A DNA stretch of 64,000 bases from Octopus sinensis (GCF_006345805.1 NC_043002.1:69502001-69566000); one strand, 5' to 3'. Positions 1 to 14,236 are shown, counted from the stretch's first letter. The notes: generated by a model from the letters alone, not told the origin. Numbers and translations: made by a program.

Positions 1-3000
1 CTCTACCCAAAAAATGAAAATACAACACAACAATACATATAAAATATGGAAGGAAAATAATAGAGATATAGACTTGGATACAGCAATGAACCCTAATAAA
101 TTAGCTAACGTACGAAGATACATTCTCAATGCCAAAAAAATATCAGAAATAGAAATAGAACATTTAAAAGAAAATACCCAGGAAATGTAGATAGAAGCCA
201 CACAACAATGCCCAATAATATAACACTGAAACTGTAAAACACGAAGACAAACGCAACATTCCCAACAAACCGATGTAAACAACGAAGGGGAGCCTAATGA
301 TTATGATAATATAAAAAATAAAATAATCAAAGAACTGAAAACCACAGAGACCAAAATGGACCACCGACCATACCTCCCAAGAATAAAAATAAACGAAATA
401 ACAACACCAATTATAAACAGCATAAACCTAGCCGTCACTGAACTAGCCACTGAAACAAAAAAAAGTGATATCACTGAACTAAATGACTTGATATACGCAG
501 CAGCCACTGCAGCCACAAAAGAAGCTGGATACTCACCCAAACTCGCCCAAACAGGAGTACCACCACCCAAACAAACCCTGTGGATAAATAACATCCAAAA
601 CAAAATAAAAAATTAGAAAAGACCTGTCGATTCTTAATGAAATCAGCAAACAATCAACGCTACTGAGCAACAAAAAGAGAACAAAAATGCTCCGCAAATA
701 TAACATCACAGAAAAAGATTTGCCGGAGATAAAAGAAAAGCTGAAGCAAGATATCCTTGCCAAAGCTCAAAGGATCCCCGGTACGAGAAACGCCAACGCT
801 TCTTTGAACAGAACAAAAAGTTCAACTCCAACCCCAAAAAGTTCTACCAAGAACAGGGAAAAATAAAATAGAAGTCACTGCAGCACCAACGGCAGAAGAA
901 TTGGAAGAATTCTGGAGAGAAATATGGTCGGCGAACGAACAGCCAAAAAAAAGGAGTATCAAAATAACAAACTCGGCATCTGAACAACTTTGGACCCCCA
1001 TAACAACTGAAGAGGTCACACAGGCACTGCAAAAACTAAGCAACTGGAAGGCACCTGGGCATGACAAGATCCCCAACTTCTGGTTGAAATATCTAACAGG
1101 AATGCACAAAAAGCTGGCTGAAAACTTTAACACCATACTAGCAGAGCCAGAGACAATGCCTGAATGGCTCACGAAGGGGAAAACCATCTTAATTCCCAAA
1201 TCAAATGAAACAGCAAAACCAGAAACTACAGACCAATAACCTGCCTCCCTACTATGTTCAAGCATTTACTGCAGTGATATCGCAAAGGCTGAACAAGCAC
1301 CTGGACGAAAACAAACTGTTCCAGAAGAGCAGAAAGGATGCCGCAAAGACTCATATGGCTGTAAAGATCAACTATGATTAATAAAGCCATAACTGAAGAC
1401 AGCCACAGAAAGAAGAAAGGCCTCAGTATGGCCTGGATTGACTACAAAAAAGGCGTTTGATAGCATCCCCCACACATGGATCCTCGAAACACTAGCCATT
1501 AACAAAGTAGCACCAACAATCATAAAATTCATAGAGCACTCTATGAATAAATGGCAAACAGTCCTACACCTCCAAACAAAAGAGGGACTCATGAAAACCA
1601 AAGACATCCCCATTAGAAGAGGAATATTCCAGGGAGACACGCTCTCTCCACTCCTTTTCTGCTTGGCACTGTCACCTCTATCTGATATGCTAAATAGAAC
1701 TGGATGCGGATATAAATGTTACGGCAAAACGATCAGCTACCTTTTATATATGGATGACCTAAAACTATACGCCCTGCAAATGACAAACAGCTGGAAACAC
1801 TATTAAAGACAGTTCATGGATTTACCAAAGAAATAGATATGAAATTGGATTAGAAAAATGCGCCAAAGTAACCATGAAAAGAGGAAAACTAGAAGAGTAA
1901 CAACATCACACTAGATAAAACCAATGAAATAAAAGAATTAGACCAAAGCCAAACTTACAAATACTTAGGAATCCATGAACTAGATAAGACACAACACACA
2001 CAAATGAAAGAGAAAAAAAAAAAGAATATTATAGACGAGTTAGATCAATACTAAAAATAGAGCTCAATGCTAAAAACAAGATAATATGTATCAACACTTA
2101 GCTGTCCCAGTTATAAGTTACAGCTACAATATCCTTAACTGGACACGAAATGAACTGTCCAAAATAGATAGGAAAACAAGAAAAAACTGACAGGATCTAG
2201 GATGCATCACCCAAAATCTGACATAGAAAGACTATATATACAACGTATAGAAGGTGGTAGAGGCCTTATACAGCTGGAAAACTACTATAAAAAATCACCA
2301 TAGGACTGCAAAAATACCTACTTCAGAAGGAAGGAAAACTGATCCAGATAGCAGCAAAACACGAGCAAAACAAAAAACTGTTCTCAGTATTTAAGGAAGC
2401 TGACAAATACAAACAAGAAATCATACCACCTAATAAACACGAAGAAGAAGAAGAAGATGATGAAGAAACAACAAAAGCTATAAAACAAATGAAATCCAAA
2501 CTAAAAATAGAACAGCAACGAACCATGATAAAACGATGGCAAGAAAAGCCCCTTCATGGTAAATACTGGACTAAACTAAACGCAAAAGAAATAGACAAAG
2601 AAAAATCCCAGCAATGGTTGAGAAGCTCAGGACTCAAAGCAGAAACAGAGGGATTTTTAATTGCAGCACAAGACCAAAGCCTCCCCACCAGAAATTACCA
2701 AAAACATGTAATGAAAAGAATATAACAAGTAACTGCAGAATATGTGGAGATGGACAAGAAACAATATCATATTATCTCTAGCTGCCCAGTCCTGGCTAAG
2801 AAGGAATATATTCACAGACATGACAGAGTTGGAACCTACATACATTGGAAGCTATGCCAACATTATGGAATAACAACAGAAAAAAGATGGTATAGGCACA
2901 CACCAGAAAAGGTCACAGAAAACGAGAAAGCAACCATACTCTGGGATATGCCGATACACACAGATAGAGAAATTAAGGCCAACAGACCAGATATAGTTGT

Positions 3001-3398
3001 CAGAGATCATGAAGAAAAAAAAATGCTTTCTAATTGATGTATCAATACCGGCAGATGACAACGTGTCTCTAAAAGAAATGGAGAAACTCTCAAAATACAA
3101 AGACCTGGAAATAGAGGTAACTAGAATGTGGAATCTGAAAACAGAAACAATTCCTATCATAGTAGGTGCATTAGGCATGATAAAAAAATATTCAGACAAA
3201 TACATAACAAAAACACCAGGACTTACAAACACATATAACATACAGAAAATTGCACTACTAGGCACTGCACACATCCTACGCAGAACACTTTCCATACAAT
3301 AACCATCAGAGCATCACAACAAATCACAGCACATACCCAAGGCCACAGAGCTGTGCTCGGTAGTGAAGTGAAAGCACGCTATAAAAATAAAACTACTG
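1..3398 (+). mobile_element. Non-LTR retrotransposon, R4/Dong-like (RT + CCHC + restriction-like endonuclease), frameshifted; 5' end outside window
   Basis: KAPGHDKIPNFWLK, KKAFDSIPH, RRGIFQGDTLSPLLF, YMDD, CRIC..ET..HI.S.C, RPDIVV..FLIDVSIP..EKLSKYKDL; ends in (AAT)n. Confidence 0.9.
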
Positions 3399-3442
3399 AA
3401 TAATAATAATAATATAATAATATAATAATAATAATAATAATA

Positions 3443-4739
3443 ATAGATAGGAAAACAAGAAAAATACTGACAGAGATCTGGATGCTCCCCAAATCTGACA
3501 TAGAAAGACTATTGACAACGTATAGACTGTGGTTAGAGGCCTTATACAACGAAAAACTACTAAAAATAACCACCATAGACTGCAAAAAATCTACTTCAGA
3601 AGGCTGGAAAACTGATACAAATCGCGGCAAAACACAACTGTTCTCAGTATTTAAGGAAGCTGACAAATACAAACAAAAAAAAAAAAACAAGAAATCAGAA
3701 CATCCAATAAAGATGAAGAAGAAGAAGAAGAAGAAGAGAAGAGAAGAAGAAGAAGAAGAAGAAGAAGAAGAATAATAAGAAGCTGAAGATAAGAAGAAAT
3801 AAGAATAAACAACAAAAGCTATAAAACAAATGAAATCCAAACTAAAAATAGAACAGCACGAACCATGATAAAACGATGGCAAGAAAGCCCTTCATGGTAA
3901 ATACTACTGGACTAAACTAAACGCAAAAGAAATAGAGACAAAGAAAAATCCCAGCAATGGTTGAGAAGCTCAGGACTCAAAGCAGAAACAGGGATTTTTA
4001 ATTGCACAGCACAAGACCAAAGCCCCCCACCAGAAATTACCAAAAACATGTAATGAAAAGATTAACAGTAACTGCAGAATATGTGGAGATGGACAAGAAA
4101 CAATAAATCATATTATCTCTAGCTGCCCAGTCCTGGCTAAGAAGAATATATTCACAGACATGACAGAGTTGGAACCTACATACATTGAAGCTATGCCAAC
4201 ATTATGGAATAACAACAGAAAAAAGATGGTATAAGCACACCCCAGAAAAGGTCACAGAAAACGAGAAAGCAACCATACTCTGGGATATGCCGTATACACA
4301 CAGATAGAGAAATTAAGGCCACAGACCAGATATAGTTGTCAGAGATCATGAAGAAAAAAAAATGCTTTCTAATTGATGTATCAATACCGGCAGATGGCAA
4401 CGTGTCTCTAAAAGAAATGGAGAAACTCTCAAAATACAAAGACCTGGAAATAGAGGTAACTAGAATGTGGAATCTGAAAACAGAAACAATTCCTATCATA
4501 GTAGGTGCATTAGGCATGATAAAAAAATATTCAGACAAATACTAACAAAAACACCAGGACTTACAAACACTATAACATACAGAAAATTGCACTACTAGGC
4601 ACTGCACACATCCTACGCAGAACACTTTCCATAGAATAACCATCAGAGCATCACAACAAATCACAGCACATACCCAAGGCACACAGAGCTGTGCTCGGTA
4701 GTGAAGTGAAAGCACGCTATAAAAATAAAACTACTGAAT
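3443..4739 (+). mobile_element. 5'-truncated R4/Dong-like copy 2, near-identical to 2163-3398, many 1-bp indels
   Basis: Direct sequence match; flanked by (AAT)n. Confidence 0.9.
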
Positions 4740-4782
4740 AATGATAATAATATAATAATAAAATAATAATAATAATAATAAT

Positions 4783-6095
4783 AATAGATAGGAAAACAAG
4801 AAAAATACTGACAGGATCTAGGATGCATCACCCAAAATCTGACATAGAAAGACTAATATACAACGTATAGAGGTGGTAGAGGCCTTATACAACTGGAAAA
4901 CTACTATAAAATAACCACCATAGGACTGCAAAAATATCTACTTCAGAAGGAAGGAAAACTGATACAAATAGCGGCAAAACAAAAAACTGTTCTCAGTATT
5001 TAAGGAAGCTGACAATACAAACAAAAATCATACCACCTAATAAATATGAAGAAGAAGAAGAAGAAGAAGAGAAGAAAAAGGAAGAAGAAGAAGAAGAGAA
5101 AAGAAGAAGAAGAAGAAGAAGAAGAAGAAGAAGAAGAAGAGAAGAAGAAGAAGAAGAAGAAACAACAAAAGCTATAAAACAAATGAAATCCAAACTAAAA
5201 ATAGAACAGCAACGAACCATGATAAAACGATGGCAAGAAAAGCCCCTTCATGGTAAATACTGGACTAAACTAAACGCAAAAGAAATAGACAAAGAAAAAT
5301 CCCAGCAATGGTTGAGAAGCTCAGGACTCAAAGCAAAACAGGGATTTTTAATTGCAGCACAAGACCAAAGCCTCCCCACCAGAAATTACCAAAAACATGT
5401 AATGAAAAGAAATATAACAAGTAACTGCAGAATATGTGGAGATGGACAAGAAACAATAAATCATATTATCTCTAGCTGCCCAGTCCTGGCTAAGAACGAA
5501 TATATTCACAGCCATGACAGAGTTGGGACCTACATACATTGGAAGCTATGCCAACATTATGGAATAGCAACAGAAAAAAGATGGTATAGGCACACACCAG
5601 AAAAGGTCACAGAAAACGAGAAAGCAACCATACTCTGGGATATGCCGATACACACAGATAGAGAAATTAAGGCCAACAGACCAGATATAGTTGTCAGAGA
5701 TCATGAAGAAAAAAAAATGCTTTCTAATTGATGTATCAATACCGGCAGATGACAACGTGTCTCTAAAAGAAATGGAGAAACTCTCAAAATACAAAGACCT
5801 GGAAATAGAGGTAACTAGAATGTGGAATCTGAAAACAGAAACAATTCCTATCATAGTAGGTGCATTAGGCACGATAAAAAAATATTCAGACAAATACATA
5901 ACAAAAACACCAGGACTTACAAACACATATAACATACAGAAAATTGCACTACTAGGCACTGCACACATCCTACGCAGAACACTTTCCATAGAATAACCAT
6001 CAGAGCATCACAACAAATCACAGCACATACCTAAGGCACACAGAGCTGCGCTCGGTAGTGAAGTGAAAGCACGGTATAAAAATAAAACTACTGAA
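4783..6095 (+). mobile_element. 5'-truncated R4/Dong-like copy 3
   Basis: Same start point as copy 2; ORFs 5183-5731 and 5691-5996; ends in (AAT)n to about 6140. Confidence 0.9.
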
Positions 6096-6199
6096 TAATA
6101 ATAATAATAATAATAACAATAATAATAATAACAACAACAACATCGAAAAATACCTTAGGATTGAGAACCCAGGTTCGAAATTTCCCCAGACGAAATACC

Positions 6200-6385
6200 T
6201 ATTTCTTTACAAGGGGCTAAATTGAGAGGGGACAAACGGATTAATTGGTACTTATTTAATCGACCCCGAAAGGATGAAAGGCAATGTCGACCTCGGCGGA
6301 ATTTGAACTCAGAACGTAGCGGCGGACGAAATACTGCTAAGCATTTCGCCCGGCGTGCTAACGTTTCTGCCAGATCGCCGCCTTT
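6200..6385 (-). mobile_element. tRNA-derived SINE family A
   Basis: A-box ggcgatctggcagaa, B-box gagttcaaattcc, core gcctttcatcctttcggggtcgat. Confidence 0.85.
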
Positions 6386-7248
6386 CCCAGATTACAGAAT
6401 ATTAAAGAACGTATTCTACATACGTTATACTAGTGGTACATTGCAAAGAATGACATTTCAGACCAGCATGTTTTAGTTTATATTATTGTGAAAATGATGA
6501 ACATTGTTAGTGTGTTTCTTGTGTTTGCTACCTAGTCGTCAGTTCTCAAAAAGACTTAAATAATAACTCAGATTGCTGAGGAAGGTAGTGAGCTCGTTCT
6601 AGAGGATTAAGATATCTAGTTTAGTGTTTCATGCCTTGTTTAGGACGAATTCGTGCCTTTCATTCTTCCGTGATAAAGTTAGTATAGATCATATGGTGAG
6701 TTACGAACGCCTTACAGTGGCTTTGAATGCATTTTTATTCTATATCGATATGGACAGCAACTATAGCAATGTTAACTGATGCAGTAATTGGAATTCAGGA
6801 GAATTTATGTCTAGATTGGGAAGAAAGCCGAATAAACAAATGGAAATATGTAACCACAAAATTATTTAGTCACGAGTGAAGTAACAACACCGTTAATATT
6901 TGTAATTCCTGTGTGAGAAAACTCAGTGGTTGGGTTGGGCTGAGCTTTAACTTCTATATAGTTGATACCTACAGGTAGGGAGTTCCAGAGAGTTACGGGC
7001 TGAGATAGAAAGCTTACAGCCACTGCAAAGTGCTCGCAATTTACCATATGATCTGTATTGACTTTCTTATTATGAGAGCTATCAGCTGTAATATGATGCC
7101 CCAATATGTATTCGTTCAACCCGCGATAGCAATAGAGGAGAAAAGGACGTAAAACAAACGAACGAATTGCCATGAGACATTACCAGACATTGCAAGGTGT
7201 AACAATGAATGAATTTGAAAGGTCTTAATTGTGTGCTGTTTATGATTA

Positions 7249-9979
7249 CACTGGACAACAAAGATTTTGCTACTGTGTTTTAGACTAAATCGAGGATGCT
7301 GATTCCAAATCCGCACTCAAAATTGTTCTAGCACGTCAGAATTTTGAGTTATGCTCATGCGCTAGATTATAACTATACTTTCGGTTAGATATAAGCCGTA
7401 TTATAAAATTTGCAAAAGTGAAAGCGGTCTTAATTCAAAATTAAAGAAATAACAGCAATAAAACAAATGATGAGAAAGTTCATTATTTAGTTTAGCAATA
7501 GATGGCGCTGACGTATTGTGTTCAATATCAAATACGTCAGTTTGTTCTTGGTAACTTTCAGTGTCGTTTGCGCTGCCGTCACGTGTGGTTTATGTGTCTC
7601 TCGCTCTGCGTGATTACTGTTTTAACTGTGTTAAATCATGAATAGAAGAGGCTGTGTAAATCACCCAGACAACTTTTATTATGTCCGTGGAAAGTTTGCT
7701 CCGCGTGGCCAGCGAAGGAACATTGCTACCAAATTAAAAATTGCTTATAAATATTCTTTCGGGTGTAAAGATGGGGACCAAGACAAGAGGTTGGCACCTC
7801 ATATATGCTGCACCGTGTGTTACTCAGGACTTACATAGTGTTTGAATGGAAAACGGAAGGGAATGCCTTTTGCTGTACCAATAGTATGGCGTGATCCAAC
7901 CAATCTTGTCTCTGGTTTTGCCTGACTAATATTAGTGGTTTCTCAAAGAAAATCAAAGCAAAAATTGTGTATGCAAATCTTAAGTCGGCTCTAAAACCAG
8001 TATCACATGAATTCGAGAATCCTGTCCCAGTTTCCCTCTCACATACTTCACTGACTCTCCTATCGACGAAGAGTACGTAGGTGATTCTAAGAAAAATGAA
8101 CCAGGCTAGTTTAATCAAGAAGATTTGGACGATTTAGTAAGAGACCTAGCATTGTCAAAGGAAGGGGCAGAAGTTTTGGGATCCAGACTACAATGGAATC
8201 TCTTACAGCAAGATATGAAAATTTTCATTTTCTGCTCTCGCCATAAAGGCTTATCTGTCTTTTTCAAGCTAGAAAATGATCCTTGTTTCTGTACTGATGC
8301 TAATGCACTCATGCAAAAACTTGGACACGTGCATGTGGCTAACGAATGGAGATTGCTTATAGGCTCGAATATGGTTAGCCTCAAAACTGTGTTGTCACAT
8401 AATGGTAATGAAAAACCTTCCATTCCTGTGGGTCATGTTGTCGGTATGGAACTCTTTCTGAAAGGAATTAATTACTCAGTTCACAAGTGGAATTTTGTGG
8501 TGATTTAAAGGCGATTTCCCTCCTCCTAGGACTGCAGCTGGGATATACCAAAAATATATGCTTCTTGTGTGTTTGGAACAGCCACGACGATAGCTATGTG
8601 GAGGCGCAATGGCCCAGTGGTTAGGGCAACGGACTCACGGTCGTAAGAACGCGGTTTCGATTCCCAGACCGGGCATTGTGAGAGTTTATTGAGCAAAATC
8701 ACCTAAGCTCCATGACGCTCCGGCGGGGGTGGGGGTGGGGGTGAACCCCGCTGTACTCTTTCGCCACAACTTTCTCTCACTCTTTCTTCTTACTTCTGCC
8801 ACAAAGCAGAGGAACCATGGTGTAACTCACTATGGTGTGGTAAACTTTCAGACCCTAGTCTAGATTGCGAATCCTCTGTACCCCAGGATGGTTCAGCTCT
8901 CCACCCGTTAAAAGCCACCGTTTACAGAATGAGGATAACAACGTAGCTTTCAAGCCCATGCAACCGCCAGCCTATCGCGTGTGGTAGGTGGATCTTCAGA
9001 AGAAGAAGAAGAAGAAGAAGAGCAATCATTACACTGTAAAAGACTGGCCTAAAAGAGATGAGCGCATAGTTGGTCGGTACAATGTGTAGTATATGCCACT
9101 GGTAGACCCGCAAAAGATCTTCCTTCCACCTCATCACATCAAACTCGGCCTCATGAAGAACTTCGCAAAATCAATGACACACGATGTTTGTGGCTTCCAG
9201 TACCGAAAAGTAAAATTTGGTGCAGAGAAAAGTGATGCAAAACTGAAAGCAGGCATTTTCATTGGACCTGAAATCAGGGAATTGATATCAAATAGCAAAT
9301 TCAGAGGTAAACTGAATCCAGTTGAGTTGACGGCATGGGATTCATTCATGTTAGTTATACAGAACTTTCTTGGAAACCATAGAGTTGAAAACTATGCTGA
9401 TATACCAAACAACATGCTAACACCATATGAAAGAATGGGATACCGAATGTCCCTTAAAATGCATTTCTTGCATCCTCATCTCGGTTTTTTCCCAACGAAC
9501 CTTGGTGCGCTTAGTGTTGAGCATGGTGAGAGGTTCTGCCAGGACATATCTGAGATGGAAACGAGGTATCAAGGCTGGTTCAATCCACGCGTGATGGATG
9601 ACTACTCATGACTCCTACAACAGGAAACTAGCATTATGCTTAACCGCAAGAAGCAAGTATCTCAAATATTCCTGAGCTGAGCATACCAAAAATAAAGGGT
9701 ATTCCCTTAACATAAATATACTATGTACCATATTATATTATAATACTATGTTCCTTGAACTATACTACAGTACTAATATACTATTATAATAATATTTACC
9801 TTGAATTTAACTATTCCTAATTCTAATATAGTATTAATATATAATTATGTGCATAACTCAAAATCCTGATGTGCTACAGCAATTCTGAGCTCAGATTCAG
9901 AATCACCATACTCTATTTAGTTCGGTACAGCACCATTTGTCTGGGTTGTAGGAAATAAATCTAGTTTTTTTGCTCAATG
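7249..9979 (+). mobile_element. Degraded Chapaev3-like (CMC) DNA transposon
   Basis: Transposase remnants GCVNHPDNF.Y..G, GDQDK..APHICC, CFLCVW, PPHHIKLGLMK, KMHFLH.HL.FFP.NLG..S.EHGERF.QDI. Imperfect TIRs of >100 bp starting CACTG/CATTG; TTA on both flanks (7246-48, 9980-82). The family assignment is from recalled motifs. Confidence 0.75.
8598..8790 (+). mobile_element. tRNA-derived SINE family C inserted in the Chapaev transposase
   Basis: ggaggcgcaatggcccagtggttaggg..ggtttcgattcccagacc; sister copy at 43479-43700. Confidence 0.8.
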
Positions 9980-11039
9980 TTATAGAGACTGTAGGATAAA
10001 TTTATTTTCTTAGTATACGTAGCAATTGTATTTTTGTACTGTTGACAGAGACTAGGGCTTCCAAGAGAAATTTGGTGAGGTGGAATTTTTGGTTAGGATT
10101 CTCTCAAAATTTTCAGTTTTCCTTTTTTCCCGCCTTTTTTTAAAGGAAGGGCTCAGCAGATAGTCATAGGCCCTTCCTTGGTGCTCAAGGCCCTGGACCT
10201 GAGTACCAGCTAAACTCCAAACACTTATAGATCTTGACAGAGACTAGGTTGTCATGTCCATCACATTAACTACAAAGTTCTCAGATAAGAAACATAAATA
10301 CACCAACAAAAAGAAAAGCAAAAATAAATATACAAAAGAACAACTATAGAAAAAACTTTTATTTGATTTTCATTCAACAAACAGTAAAAAATATTATTAC
10401 ATCAAGTTTCATGAATTGAATGCTTTAAAATACTGAAAAGCTATAAATAGCTTTGAAAACTAATTTAAATTAATGTCTATGATTTTAAATTCAATGACAT
10501 TATTAACTCCTAGTTTTAAAGAGATGTGTATAAACAAACATAAGAGTATATACGTACAGAAACTTACATAAATGGTGATCATATAATTATGAACAGTTTT
10601 CCACATAAAATTATACAATGTATACATTTCTTTATTTTATGCATTCATATATACAGACATATATGGTAATGATGAACACCAGTGAATATTGGTGTATTCT
10701 CTGTTGGTGGTGAAATGGTTGATACAGGTGATTTCTTGTGAAATTTAGCTGATTAGAAAAACTAGGCCAGCTGGTGGCACTCACCAGTTCTTCTGAGTTA
10801 CTCACAAGCAGGAGAACACTGAGAGTGTGAGTGTCAACTCTTGCATTAACTGCATTCAGATGTTATATATCTTGCTTGATGAGTGGGAATTGGTTTATAA
10901 GGATGACTATCTATATATACATACATTAAAAATGTCTGTGCAAACAGACATGTGCCCACATATATAATTTATATTTTCATTTTACAAATTTTGTGTTTCA
11001 TACTGGCATATGTATAGACATACATATGCAGACACAGAC

Positions 11040-11213
11040 ACAGACACACACATATATATTTATTTATATATATATATATATGTATATATGTTAATATATA
11101 TATATACATATATATATATAGACATATATGCACATACATAAATATAATATATAAATATGTAAACATACACACACATATACATATATGTAATATATACGTA
11201 CACACATGCTCAA

Positions 11214-11294
<81 letters not shown>

Positions 11295-11500
11295 CATATG
11301 TATACATACATACACACACATAAAGATGCACATAAATATGCATATATAAAAATATTATTATAAAAGTAAAACCTGCTTTTACATTAAGCAGGTATATGTG
11401 TCTGTTTTGAAGTAGATTGAAGGATGGCTTTGATAAAGATAATGTCACATATGCACACACAACCATACACACACACACTCACAAACACACACACGCACAT
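11040..11500. repeat. (AT)n/(CA)n microsatellite field
   Basis: Visible repeat; similar fields at 40266-40585 and 61445-61690. Confidence 0.9.
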
Positions 11501-12040
11501 AATCCGAGTATTAGACAAAAGTACCTTCTGGTATTTGGTTAAGACTTCACCAGGTGGTGCTATTAAGTTAGATATGGCCTGGTCCTATAATGGCTGAAAC
11601 CTATCTAAATTATCTATGTCCCATTATGCTTTCAGTACAAATTCTGTCAAAGTCAACATTTCCTTTCCTCTTTGTGAGGTCAATAAAATAAGGACTAGAC
11701 AAAGAACTGGGGTTGTATGAAGCTTCTTTGATGGTAATTCCCCAGCATGGTTGGACTGCAAGTCCAACTGCCGAAACCAGTAAAAGAGTAAGCTAAACAC
11801 GTGTATAGATTTTTATATTAGATGAATATATACTAAGCTGTGCATCCATGCATGTCAAACAAATCCTGCATCCCATACACACAAATGATCTACTTAATTG
11901 GTTTAATATCATTATAACTTAATGGTGTTGTCTGTATAAACAGAGAGAATTTTTTGTTATTACAAATCACAGCAGAAAAATGTTCATAAGGATTTCACTG
12001 AATGAGAAGAAATTTTCATGTCCCAAGATTATTTAATGAT

Positions 12041-12226
12041 TTAAAATTGCAGGTCTTTCCCGAATCGTCGAATTTCTTCAATTATAAAGTCTAGATCTGA
12101 TTCTTCACAGTTTTCTTGGCATAAAACAAAACGGAAAAAGTTGACTTTGTTCATGGAGGGTAGAGGTTGGTAGCCAACCATCAAGGTGCCTTCAGAAACC
12201 ATTCGTTCTTTGATCTTTGGTCCAAC
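12041..12226 (-). CDS. Decarboxylase exon 14, last coding exon ([10 protein letters not shown]...GYQP...NFFRFV...GKDLQF*)
   Basis: ttctctttaaAG acceptor; TAA stop at 12041-12043. Confidence 0.95.
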   Translation of the reverse strand, partial: VGPKIKERMVSEGTLMVGYQPLPSMNKVNFFRFVLCQENCEESDLDFIIEEIRRFGKDLQF

Positions 12227-12923
12227 CTTTAAAGAGAAGTGAAATAAGAAAAAAAAATGTTAGATCATTTATCATTAAAAAATGGACTGCTTCTAGAATA
12301 CAATGTTTTGAGTAGAATATATGAAATTATTAAATAAAGCATTATACACTACTATTTTAATTAATGATATAATGAAATAATGTAGTAAACATGTGACAAT
12401 AAAAGACACATGGCATATTAAATGCACCACAATTTCAGAAGTGCACATTCAGGATGAAAAGTTTTTAGTGCATTCACCAACTTAAACAAGGAGGCTGTTC
12501 AGAAGAGTTGCAGGAGATTCTGAAGTTGTCTGGAAGCCATGGTTGAAGCCAATGGAGCTTTTATTGAATAAATTTACTCTTTAATATTTCAATATATTTT
12601 TATGTAGTTTTGGTAAAATAAATATATTTGTTAAAATGAGATGTCAGTGTTATTTTCAGTCTGTATGTATGTATGTGGCCAAGGGAAGCCCTTGAGTTTG
12701 GACCCCACCACATACCTGAGATATTTAGCATGTACAGGCTTACCTGTATATGCTGGCCAAAAAGTGCAGCCCCTATAAAAAACCCTAGCTATACTAATGA
12801 GATTAAATGGCAAAGGTAGATGGAAGATTTGTTGTTGCTTAATCATGCAAACATGACTGTGTAGTTAAGCACTTCACCTCACAATCATGTTGTTCTGGGT
12901 TCAATTATGGCTTTCTACCATGG

Positions 12924-12959
<36 letters not shown>

Positions 12960-14201
12960 CTTCATCATCATTTAACCTCATTTCCATGCAGGCATGAGTT
13001 GGACATTTCAATATATAAGAATATATGCATGTAAAATATTACCTTTGAGAGTTTCTGCCACCATTCTTCAGTTTCCTCTTGATTCTCAAGGGAAGGTGGT
13101 ATGTACCAAAAGCAAATATTTGAGTATTCAAACTGTGAAACAAAAAAAATAAACAAATGAATAAAAGAAAATAGCATTAGATTTAAAAGCACAAAATAAT
13201 TCTAATCATTAATTAGTCAAGTAAGTGTTAAGTCTTTGAGCAGGGATGCCATGAATAAAGAATGAGAGGAAGGAAGAGATTTTTGCTAGGATATTGTAGT
13301 AATTGCTGTTTCAACAAGTGACAATAGTTCATTGTAGAAAATTCAGCAATACAGATGTGTTGAACAGCAATGTAGTTTGTATTAAAAATTATGGTGAAAT
13401 ATTATCTATGAGGGGTAAAATATGTGGTAACTGTGAGGAGAAGTTAAGCATTGGCGTAGCTAAAGTGTGTGTGGCCAAGGGCAGCCCTTGAGTTTGGACC
13501 CCACCACATACCTGAGATATATAGCATGTACAGGCTTACCTGTATATGCTGGCCAAAAAGTACAGCCCCAATAAAAGAACCCTAGCTATACTAATGAGAT
13601 TAAATGGCAAAGGTAGATGGAAGATTTGTTGTTGCTTAATCATGCAAACATGACTGTGTAGTTAAGCACTTCACCTCACAACCATGTGGTTCTGGGTTCA
13701 ATTACGGCTTTCTACCATGGCTTTGGGTCAACCAATGCCCTGTGAGTGGAATTTTATACCAAGAAACTATGCAGAAGCCTGCAATATATTGCACCATTAA
13801 GATTCCACACAAAGCCATGTATTGAAATATAGAAGGCAGCCAGGCCTTCAGAGGTAGTTGTTGAGATGCTAAAAGGTTCTGTAAAATAGCACACATTCTA
13901 GTCACTTGAATAAAAGACCCCCTTCAGTCATGGATGGCCATGAGATTGAACCAAGAAAATTAGCCTCAGGCAAAGTTGTTTATGGAAGACCAGCAGTCAC
14001 CCATGCGTACCGGCCTCCCGTCTCCACACTACTGATGTTGTCCAAGGGAAAAGCAAATGCTGATACAGCTTGGCACCAGTGACATCGCAACTCATTTCTA
14101 CAGCTGAGTGAAATGGAGCAATGTTACATAAAGTGACTTGCTCAAGAACACAGCATAGCCTGGTCTGGCAATCAAACTCATTTTGTTCTGTATGCTGACT
14201 T

Positions 14202-14236
<35 letters not shown>

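Noticed and set aside
6900-7100. Minus-strand LWNSLP motif suggesting a CR1 3' end
   Set aside because: Too short and degraded to delimit reliably
9093-9611. 172-aa ORF as a host or domesticated gene
   Set aside because: It is the C-terminal part of an interrupted, frameshifted transposase inside TIRs
10969-11478. Long ORFs rich in YI/CV/HT (also at 33328, 35756-36377, 40122, 47108, 55865, 61394)
   Set aside because: Translations of dinucleotide and tetranucleotide microsatellites
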